Part shown: positions 14,788 to 21,993 of the stretch, piece after piece
Numbering within the stretch: the stretch's first letter is position 1
Layout of the letters: each line of letters begins with the position of its first letter
Origin: a bacterium
GTDB taxonomy: Bacteria; Verrucomicrobiota; Verrucomicrobiia; Limisphaerales; UBA8199
Direction: 5' to 3'
NCBI GenBank assembly: GCA_021784555.1
Contig: JAJYHY010000119.1
Location: 1-21,993 of the forward strand
Length of the DNA: 21,993 nt
Program-made: the position numbers and the translations under genes
Notes under the pieces: generated by a model
Seen by the model: only the letters and a program-made list of their open reading frames with translations
Databases searched by the model: none
What the model was told of the DNA's origin: nothing

Positions 14788-15597
14788 ATGAATCAGAGCA
14801 AATCGCAAATCGCGGATCGTGAATGCGAGCGGCGCCCGTCCAGTCCACACCCGCCCCGCCCCGCGGCATTCACGCTGGTGGAGTTGCTGGTGGTGGTCGC
14901 GATGATCGGCCTTCTAGCGGCGATGCTTCTGCCGGCGCTGGCTCGGAGCAAGGCCTCGGCGCAACGCGTTAAGTGCCTCAGCAACCTGCGCCAACTGGGA
15001 CTGGCATCCCAGATGTATTGGGATGATAACCGCGGAGACTGTTTCCGTTACGGCGGCGCGGCGACGAATGGCGGACAGCTTTACTGGTTCGGATGGATCG
15101 GCCCCGGGCCTGAAGGCCAACGCGCCTTTGACCCCACGGCGGGCGCCCTCTACCCCTATTTGCGGGGACGGGGAGTGGAGGTTTGTCCCGCCTTCCAGTA
15201 CGACGCTCCGGATGTGAAACTGAAGGCGAGCGGGGCGACTTATGGCTACGGCTACAATCTTTATCTCTCGACGGCGCTTTCAAAGCCGGCGTTCAACATT
15301 GGTTGGCTGCGAGATCCCTGCGGCCGGGCGCTGCTGGCGGATGCGGCGCAAGTCAACACGTGGCAAGCGCCCGCTTCGCCGAGCCATCCGATGCTCGAGG
15401 AGTGGTATTATGTCGACAACAGCACCAACCAGCCAAACGTCCATTTCCGCCACCAACAAAAGGCGCAGGCGGTCTTCTGCGACGGCCACGCGGACGCGCG
15501 AGGATTCGTTCCGGGGTCAATCGACAGCCGTTTGCCCTCCGCCTGTGTCGGACGCCTCAGCCCCGAGATCCTGGCAGGCCGTGATGATGGCCGATGA
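14788..15597 (+). CDS. DUF1559 protein: prepilin-type N-terminal cleavage/methylation domain plus C-terminal H-X9-DG motif
   Basis: [47 protein letters not shown] is a type IV pilin-like N-terminus; C-terminal [13 protein letters not shown] fits H-X9-DG; family hugely expanded in Planctomycetes/Verrucomicrobia. ORF track start is 14710; ATG at 14788 (MNQSKSQ) is more likely. Confidence 0.85.
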   Translation: MNQSKSQIADRECERRPSSPHPPRPAAFTLVELLVVVAMIGLLAAMLLPALARSKASAQRVKCLSNLRQLGLASQMYWDDNRGDCFRYGGAATNGGQLYWFGWIGPGPEGQRAFDPTAGALYPYLRGRGVEVCPAFQYDAPDVKLKASGATYGYGYNLYLSTALSKPAFNIGWLRDPCGRALLADAAQVNTWQAPASPSHPMLEEWYYVDNSTNQPNVHFRHQQKAQAVFCDGHADARGFVPGSIDSRLPSACVGRLSPEILAGRDDGR

Positions 15598-15687
15598 CCG
15601 GCGAGGCGGCGTTCGGACGAGTGTCTGGAGAGAACCGCGGGCAGGATCTGGCTTCCTCCCGGCGGAAGATTCCGATACAGTCAGGTC

Positions 15688-16767
15688 ATGCAGACTAAAG
15701 CTCCGCTGGGCCGCCATTTTGCCAGTGATAATTACGCCGGGATTTGTCCCGAGGCCTTCGCCGCAATGACCCAGGCCAACCGGGGCCACGAGGTCAGCTA
15801 CGGCGAAGACACGTGGACGGCAAAGGCCGCGGACCTGATTCGGGAGGTGTTCGAGACCGAGTGCGAGGTGTTCTTTGTCTTCAACGGCACCTCGGCCAAC
15901 TCCCTCTCGTTGGCCTCCCTCTGTCAGTCCTACCACAGCATTCTCTGCCACGAGATAGCGCACGTGGAAGGTTCCGAATGCGGTGCGCCGGAGTTCTTTG
16001 CGAATGGGACCAAAGTGTTGCTCCTGCCGGGGGCCGATGGGAAGATTGACCACAAATCAATCGAGCGCGCCGTCAACCGGCGGGCGGACATCCACTTTCC
16101 CAAAGCGCGCGCCCTAAGCCTGACACAGGTGACCGAAGTCGGCACCGCCTATTCACTGGATGAATTGGGCGCCCTGGCCAATGCCGCCCGGCATTTCAAC
16201 CTGCGCATCCAGATGGACGGCGCGCGCTTTGCCAACGCGGTCGCTTCCCTGGGTGTGGCCCCCAAGCAGATCACCTGGCAAGCCGGAGTGGACGTGCTCT
16301 GCTTTGGCGGCAGCAAGAACGGGATTGCGCTGGGAGAAGCGGTGGTGTTTTTCAACCGCGAACTGGCCCAGGAGTTTGATTATCGCTGCAAGCAAGGCGG
16401 GCAACTCGCCTCCAAGATGCGTTTCCTCTCGGCCCCGTGGGTCGGAATGCTCCAGGACGGCGCCTGGCTCCGGCACGCCGCCCATTCCAACGCCATGGCC
16501 AAGCGCCTGGAAGCCGCCATCCGCCCTCTGCCGGGCATCCGGATTTCCTACCCGGTGCAGAGCAACGCGGTGTTCGCCAAAATCCCAGACGCGGTTGTGG
16601 GAGAAATGCACCGGCGGGGCTGGCGGTTCTACACGCGGATCGGCGGGTGGGAGGAGTCGCGGCTGATGTGCAGTTGGGACACGACACCGGAGGATGTCGA
16701 TGCCTTTGCCGCGGACCTCAGAGAGCTTTCGGTCCCTGACCAGGGCGTCGGCGCGCAAGCCAAGTAG
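15688..16767 (+). CDS. ltaE: Low-specificity L-threonine aldolase-like PLP-dependent enzyme (beta-eliminating lyase family)
   Basis: FASDNYAG...YGEDTWTAKAADLIREVFETECEVFFVFNGTSANSLSL and overall length (359 aa) match the LtaE/threonine aldolase family; gene symbol by homology only. Confidence 0.8.
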   Translation: MQTKAPLGRHFASDNYAGICPEAFAAMTQANRGHEVSYGEDTWTAKAADLIREVFETECEVFFVFNGTSANSLSLASLCQSYHSILCHEIAHVEGSECGAPEFFANGTKVLLLPGADGKIDHKSIERAVNRRADIHFPKARALSLTQVTEVGTAYSLDELGALANAARHFNLRIQMDGARFANAVASLGVAPKQITWQAGVDVLCFGGSKNGIALGEAVVFFNRELAQEFDYRCKQGGQLASKMRFLSAPWVGMLQDGAWLRHAAHSNAMAKRLEAAIRPLPGIRISYPVQSNAVFAKIPDAVVGEMHRRGWRFYTRIGGWEESRLMCSWDTTPEDVDAFAADLRELSVPDQGVGAQAK

Positions 16768-16942
16768 GCCCCGGACGCCGGGAGTTCTGAAGGCCTGTTC
16801 TTGAAGATGGCAGCGCGACCGTCCCGGTGGCGGGTTCAAACACTATCTCGGTGTGAGCAGCCAGAGGGACGGCTTGCCCATGCTGCCGGAAAGGTGGGTG
16901 AGGCGGCTGCGCCGGCACGCCTTGATGCTAACGCGTCATCTT

Positions 16943-18490
16943 TCAGGGAGAACGAGCGGTTGTGGACTTAATCCTGGTGAGTTGTTGAGTTTCCGCGTCC
17001 ACCATGCGGGCCGGCAACTCGGGGCGGCACGTGAGCGTGCGTCGCTGGAACGGGCTGGCGAGCAATTTGAACATGTCACTCCTCTTCATGTGCCTGCCAA
17101 AGGAGCGCAAGAGCTGGAGCGTCTTGAGCGGACGTTTTAACAGGCGCGCGGCGAATAGCAGAGCGTAGCCCTGCATGCGCAGGCGATTCACCTCGGCGCC
17201 CGACAAGGCGGTGGGATCAATGTCGGTGCATTTGAACCACTTGTACCAATCCCGTTCGTCGTCGATGATCTCCCGTCGAACGTATTCATCCCAAAGTGGG
17301 GTGCCGCGGTAAGCACACAGGCGATTAAAACCAAAGGTGTCCAAATGCGACCGTGCGGCGAAACGGAAGCTTTCCAGGATGTCATCGGCAGTTTCATCAG
17401 GACATCCAATGACAAAGAAGCCGTGAACGCGGGCAATGCCTTGCCGTTTAGCCTCGCTGACCGCGCGTTGGACCTGGGCGAGGGTCTGCCTCTTTTTGAG
17501 GCGGGTCAGGATTTTCTGCGTGCCGGCTTCCACCCCAAATGCGAGCGCATCGCAGTTGGCCTGGCGCATGAGACTCAGTTGGTCAACCGCAGTGGAATCC
17601 ACCCGCCCCTCGCAGCTCCAGTGAAACCGCAGTTTGCGTTCAATCATGCCGCGGCATATCGCGGTAATTCGCTCCCGGTTAATGAGAAAATGGTCGTCGG
17701 TGAGACAGATTGAACGATAGCCCAGGTCGTTCAACTGCTGCAGTTCGCCCAAGACGTGCTGCGCTGACCGGCTGCGCCACCGGCCTTCGGAAAGGGAAGG
17801 AATGTCGCAATACACGCAGGAGTAGGGACAACCTCTGGAGGTCTGAACCGTGCAGAACTGGTCTAGCGAAAGAACGGCCGGGACGTCCAGCGGCAAGGAC
17901 TCGATGTAATCAACCGGCAGACTGGAACGGTCCGGATAGGGAAAACGGTCCAGGTCCCTGAGCAGCGGACGCGGTGCGTTTTGAACTATCTCGTCTCCGT
18001 TTCGCCAGACCAAACCGGCTACCGCCCCGGGATCGTCGAGGTTGGCCAGGTAGTCCGGCAGCAACTCTTCACCTTCACCCACGCCGACACAATCGATTTG
18101 CGGGCAATCCTGGAGGATCCGGTCCGCGTTCACGGTGGCAAACGGCCCGCCAACGATGACCGGCGTTTTAGGCGCAACCTGCTTCAGGCTCGCCGCCATC
18201 TGCTTGGCCCCCGTGTAGGTGGTCGTGGACAGGAATGAAAGGCCGATGACATCGGGGCGCTCCCTTTGCGTCGCTTGAGCCAGGTGCTCCGATTTCATCC
18301 GCGGGTGGCAGGTATCGAAGAGGCGCACCTGGTGTCCATGCTGGCGAAGGACCGGAGCGAGCGTTTGAATCCCGAGCGGAGGGAATGCCGCGATCTTGGC
18401 GCGACCCCGTTCGCTGGGCAAACGGCCGCGCACCCTGGGAAGCACGCGGCTGAAATTGTCGTCAGCAACGTGAATCAGGAATACATTCAT
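16943..18490 (-). CDS. B12-binding-domain-containing radical SAM protein (class B radical SAM enzyme)
   Basis: N-terminal cobalamin-binding Rossmann-like region (IGLSFLSTTTYTGAKQMA...PVIVGGPFATV); radical SAM CxxxCxxC motif SRGCPYSCVYCDIP; good SD GAAAGG 8 nt before ATG at 18490 (track start 18544 is further upstream in frame). Confidence 0.9.
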   Translation of the reverse strand: MNVFLIHVADDNFSRVLPRVRGRLPSERGRAKIAAFPPLGIQTLAPVLRQHGHQVRLFDTCHPRMKSEHLAQATQRERPDVIGLSFLSTTTYTGAKQMAASLKQVAPKTPVIVGGPFATVNADRILQDCPQIDCVGVGEGEELLPDYLANLDDPGAVAGLVWRNGDEIVQNAPRPLLRDLDRFPYPDRSSLPVDYIESLPLDVPAVLSLDQFCTVQTSRGCPYSCVYCDIPSLSEGRWRSRSAQHVLGELQQLNDLGYRSICLTDDHFLINRERITAICRGMIERKLRFHWSCEGRVDSTAVDQLSLMRQANCDALAFGVEAGTQKILTRLKKRQTLAQVQRAVSEAKRQGIARVHGFFVIGCPDETADDILESFRFAARSHLDTFGFNRLCAYRGTPLWDEYVRREIIDDERDWYKWFKCTDIDPTALSGAEVNRLRMQGYALLFAARLLKRPLKTLQLLRSFGRHMKRSDMFKLLASPFQRRTLTCRPELPARMVDAETQQLTRIKSTTARSP

Positions 18491-18862
18491 AACTGCCTTT
18501 CGTGCCACCGGTCGAATCGAAACCAGCCACCCTGAGGTGAGCATTTCATATCACCATTCATCGTAGTTCAAGGACAAACCGACATTTCGGGGTCTTCCTT
18601 GTTTGCCTGGTCTCTGTGGGTGTCCTGGTTACACTTTGATCGCCGCTGGGATTGCGTAGGCATCCTACATGCGAGGTCAGTTGGTTCGTTCATGCAGGGA
18701 CGCGCTCGTTTTGAGCTTTAGACTGCGACACACCGCGGCCCGTGTCAACGCCTGATTCAACGACGAGGGCGGGCCGGGCGGAAGGCACGGCGCAGGCGCG
18801 ATGTGGCCGGTCCCCCACAGCCCGCCGAAAAGGGGGCAAGCCTCTGCTTGGCCCGAGCACCC

Positions 18863-19810
18863 TCATAAGCCGACGAACTTCATTCCGAAGTGGACCCAAA
18901 GCGGGATGGTGATCAGCCCGGCGATGGAGGTGCTGAGCACAACCCGCAACGCGGTGGCGGGGTCGCCGCCATAATGGCGCGACAACACGATGGGAAAGAC
19001 GGCGGAGGGCATGGCCGCCTCGATGACCATCACCCGCTTCAGTTCGATGGAAGCCGGCAGGTGTTTTGCCAGGAGCAGGAAGAGCATCGGCAGGACGCCT
19101 AACCGAAGCACCAGGGCCGTCGCGATGACCCGTCCGCCGGACTTGGCGTGGAACTCGTGCAGATGGTCGGCGATGACCGCTCCAATGAGAAGGAGCGCCA
19201 TGGGGATGGCGCTCTGGCCGAACCAGTGAAGGATGGTGAGGATAACTCTTGGCAGTTGGGAACTAAGGCCGAGGGCATTGAGGATGAGCGCCAGAGAAAT
19301 GGCCATCAGCGGCGCGTTGATGAGCTTGCGCCAGTCGCGTCCGGGTGTGCCGCCGCTCAAGAGCGCCACTCCGAGGGTCCACAGCCCGATTTCGACCCCG
19401 ACGTTGTGAACGAAAAGCACTCCAACCGTCCCCCTGCCGAACAGCAGCAGGGTCAGAGGCAAGGGGACGTAGCCGTAATTGTAGATGCCCACGGTCACCG
19501 CGAATGTGCCGCGGGCGCGCGCGCCTTTCAGCCCGGCCAGCCGGCGCGCGGCCAGCGCCAGGAGCAGGCCGCAGGCGACCGTCGCGAAGCCAACCAGCGG
19601 CGCGAGCACCAGGTTGCTCCACCGGCTCAAGGCCGGGTTGCCCAACTCCGAGTCCAGAATGAGCGAGGGGTAAAGGACGTTGATGTTCAGGCGCAAGAGG
19701 CTCTGGTCAGCCTCTTCTGTCAGCCAATTCACCTTCCGCAACACCAGCCCCGCGGCCACGGTGCCGAAAACGGGGAGGGCGGCCCCAAGGACTGTCTGGA
19801 ACTCATTCAT
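18863..19810 (-). CDS. AEC-family (auxin efflux carrier / malate-malonate permease-like) membrane transporter
   Basis: 315 aa, ~10 predicted TM helices; N- and C-terminal repeat halves with motifs typical of the PF03547 membrane transport family. Confidence 0.85.
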   Translation of the reverse strand: MNEFQTVLGAALPVFGTVAAGLVLRKVNWLTEEADQSLLRLNINVLYPSLILDSELGNPALSRWSNLVLAPLVGFATVACGLLLALAARRLAGLKGARARGTFAVTVGIYNYGYVPLPLTLLLFGRGTVGVLFVHNVGVEIGLWTLGVALLSGGTPGRDWRKLINAPLMAISLALILNALGLSSQLPRVILTILHWFGQSAIPMALLLIGAVIADHLHEFHAKSGGRVIATALVLRLGVLPMLFLLLAKHLPASIELKRVMVIEAAMPSAVFPIVLSRHYGGDPATALRVVLSTSIAGLITIPLWVHFGMKFVGL

Positions 19811-20130
19811 GCGGGCGGCTCAGGCCGCTGGTTTCACCGGAGAGCAAATGCACAGGGCCTTGGCGGAGAAAGGGTGAACGCCACCGCGCTTAGCGCATGG
19901 GCAACTGCCATTGCAGGAATTGGCCTTGATCAATCTGACCGTTAGCTCCTGAACCGAGCGGTCGGTTTCCAACGGATTTTCGGCCAGCTTTTTCGTGTCC
20001 ATTGAATTGACTTTAATGCAACCAGCCCACTGGCTCAACGGCAAAAACGGGCCTTCCTCACCAGGCGAGAATTTGGGATCAAACGAATCACTTGCCCGGA
20101 CGGCTTCGGCACAGTACCCTCTTGGTTGAC

Positions 20131-21993
20131 GTGAAGAATCGAATTCGTGCGGTCCATAACACCCCAAAACACACAAAGGGGCTTTTTGCCCTCGGAGGCG
20201 CGGCGGTCGTCGCCCTGCTGCTATTAGCCCTGTTTATCCATTATTACGGCAACTGGCTCTGGTTCCAAAACCTGGGGTTCGCGCGGGTCTTCACCACGGT
20301 CTTATGGACGAAGGTCGTGGTGTTTACGCTGTTCTTTTTAGGCTTTGCGGTGTTTGCGGGAGGCAATGTCTTTGCCGCCAGGCGAGGCGGAGGGCCTACC
20401 CGGGTTCCCAGGGCGAGGAGTGCCGACTCGCCGCTCACCATATTGGATGTTGTGTTTCATGAGGACTATGCCTCTTATGCATGGGCCATTATCATTGTGG
20501 TCGTATCGGCTCTGATGGGGCTCAACGCGTCCAGTTCCTGGATGGCTTTTCTGAAGTTCACACACGCGTCGCCATTCGGCGTGGCGGACCCGATCTTTTC
20601 GAAGGACGCCGGGTTTTACGTTTTCCGGTTGCCATTTTACAGCTTTTTGCAGCAATGGTGTTCGCTGGCGGTGGTCCTGACCATTGGCGCGGTGACCCTG
20701 TCCTATTTTCTGGATCAGGCCGTTGGCATCCTGTCGAACCGGTTGTACATCAATTCGAGGGTGAAGGTGCATCTGGCGACGTTGGCTGGACTTTTCGCCT
20801 TGGCGGTGGCGTGGTCCTACCGGCTGAACATGTACAACCTGATGTATTCCAACAGCGGTGTGGCTTACGGCGCCAGTTACTCGGATGTCCACGCCAAGCT
20901 GCCGGCGTATTGGGTTCTGCTGGTCCTGAGCGTTTTGGTAGCCGTTCTGCTGTTGGCCGCGCCTTGGGTGAAGCGATGGAGATGGGTGGTCTATGCGGTG
21001 GGGCTGTACTTTGTGGTGCTCATCGGCCTGTCCTGGATTTATCCGGCCATCGTCGAACAATACGTGGTCAAACCGAATGAACTGGCAAACGAGATGCCGT
21101 ACATACGGAACAACATCAAGTTCACCCGGCTCGGTTATGGCCTCAATAAGGCGCGGGAGGAACCGTTCCGGGTCCGAGGTGGAATGTCATACAATGACAT
21201 CCTCACCAACCAATCCACGATTCACAGCATACGGTTGTGGGACCGCCGTCCGCTAATCCAGACCTATAAGCAACTGCAGGAGATCCGGCTCTACTACGAC
21301 TTCAAGAGTGTCGACGTGGATCGCTATCATTTTGGGAACAACTACATGGAAGTGGCGCTGGCCGGAAGGGAATTGCCCCCAGGCCAGTTGCCGGCGCGCG
21401 CGAGGACGTGGGTCAATACGCACCTGGTTTATACGCACGGATACGGGGTGGTCATGAGCCCGGTCAACGAGGTCACCGAGGACGGCATGCCCAACTTCAT
21501 CGTCCAGAACATACCGCCGCAATCGAGCACTTCCCTGACCATCACGCGTCCGGAGATCTATTACGGAGAGGAGACTGGTGGATTTACCATCGTGCATACA
21601 AGAACCAAGGAATTCGATTACCCCAAGGGCGAGCGCAACGTCTATGCCTCGTATCACGGGAACGGCGGCGTGGAGCTCACCAGCTACTTCCGAAGGCTGG
21701 TTTATAGCCTGCAAATGGGTGACCCGAATATCCTCCTGTCCCGCTATATCACCGGCCAGAGCCGGCTCATGTTCCATCGGATCATTACCGACCGCGACGC
21801 GACCATCGCGCCGTTTCTCTCGTATGACTCGGATCCGTATCTGGTGGTGGGCCAGGACGGCCATCTTTATTGGATTCACGACGCCTACACCACCAGCGGC
21901 ATGTTTCCCTATTCCCAACCGCTGGATCAGAGCCTGGGCCAGAGCGGTATCAATTACATCCGGAACTCGATCAAGGTTGTGATTGACGCCTAC
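20131..21993 (+). CDS. UPF0182-family large membrane protein, 5' partial (runs off the window end; not in the supplied ORF track because it has no stop)
   Basis: Frame 1 is open from GTG 20131 to the window end (~620 codons, hand-translated, no stops); N-terminal multi-TM region; conserved block [26 protein letters not shown] resembles the UPF0182 signature (PNE..E.PYI.RNI.ATR.AYGL). Confidence 0.75.
   Translation, partial: MKNRIRAVHNTPKHTKGLFALGGAAVVALLLLALFIHYYGNWLWFQNLGFARVFTTVLWTKVVVFTLFFLGFAVFAGGNVFAARRGGGPTRVPRARSADSPLTILDVVFHEDYASYAWAIIIVVVSALMGLNASSSWMAFLKFTHASPFGVADPIFSKDAGFYVFRLPFYSFLQQWCSLAVVLTIGAVTLSYFLDQAVGILSNRLYINSRVKVHLATLAGLFALAVAWSYRLNMYNLMYSNSGVAYGASYSDVHAKLPAYWVLLVLSVLVAVLLLAAPWVKRWRWVVYAVGLYFVVLIGLSWIYPAIVEQYVVKPNELANEMPYIRNNIKFTRLGYGLNKAREEPFRVRGGMSYNDILTNQSTIHSIRLWDRRPLIQTYKQLQEIRLYYDFKSVDVDRYHFGNNYMEVALAGRELPPGQLPARARTWVNTHLVYTHGYGVVMSPVNEVTEDGMPNFIVQNIPPQSSTSLTITRPEIYYGEETGGFTIVHTRTKEFDYPKGERNVYASYHGNGGVELTSYFRRLVYSLQMGDPNILLSRYITGQSRLMFHRIITDRDATIAPFLSYDSDPYLVVGQDGHLYWIHDAYTTSGMFPYSQPLDQSLGQSGINYIRNSIKVVIDAY

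Noticed and set aside
16153-16839. 228-aa minus-strand ORF (and 16160-16666 +, 16352-16687 -)
   Set aside because: Overlap the threonine-aldolase-like gene in wrong frames; Arg/Pro-rich.
19148-19945. 265-aa + strand ORF
   Set aside because: Antisense to the AEC transporter; highly charged Arg/Gln/Glu-rich translation with no membrane segments.
20338-21918. Minus-strand ORFs 20338-21060 and 21253-21918
   Set aside because: Antisense to the long open UPF0182-like frame on the + strand.
1-21993. tRNA, rRNA, tmRNA, RNase P, group II intron domain V, CRISPR repeats, IS/transposase/integrase genes
   Set aside because: Searched by eye for T-loop GGTTCGAATCC-type motifs, tmRNA/RNase P conserved boxes, domain V consensus, and regularly spaced direct repeats; none found. 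A covariance-model scan would be needed to exclude divergent ncRNAs.

Overview
This is a GC-rich (~60-65%) bacterial chromosomal segment. Two gene families typical of the Planctomycetes/Verrucomicrobia (PVC) group are present: a DUF1559 prepilin-like H-X9-DG protein and a DUF1080 protein. Most of the window is densely coding. Reading left to right:
- Positions 95-1223: a rhodanese / thioredoxin-like / methyltransferase-like trio that looks decayed.
- Positions ~1250-4400: about 3 kb of gene remnants (outer-membrane efflux C-terminus, PD40 repeat, a disrupted ArsR-like paralog) mixed with repeat-rich non-coding DNA.
- Positions 4405-8862: a Uma2 endonuclease, an HTH regulator, then DUF1080, SPFH/band-7 and Gfo/Idh/MocA genes. 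The DUF1080 / Gfo-Idh-MocA pair is a known 3-keto-glycoside pairing.
- Positions 9254-9881: a tandem winged-HTH ArsR-like gene bracketed by two identical perfect palindromes and interrupted by an in-frame TGA. A decayed paralog with an in-frame TAG lies at 2120-2560.
- Positions 10258-13109: a sugar cluster (5-bladed beta-propeller glycosidase-like protein, NagB-like deaminase, polysaccharide deacetylase).
- Positions 13279-16767: the most interesting part. A cobalamin (B12) riboswitch sits upstream of a secreted protein of unknown function, a DUF1559 protein and a threonine-aldolase-like PLP enzyme.
- Positions 16943-18490: a convergent B12-binding radical SAM enzyme.
- Positions 18863-21993: an AEC-family transporter, then a long UPF0182-like membrane protein that runs off the window end and is therefore absent from the supplied ORF track.
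No tRNA, rRNA, CRISPR array, transposase or integrase was recognised. Many long ORFs in the track are Arg/Pro-rich antisense artefacts of the high GC content.
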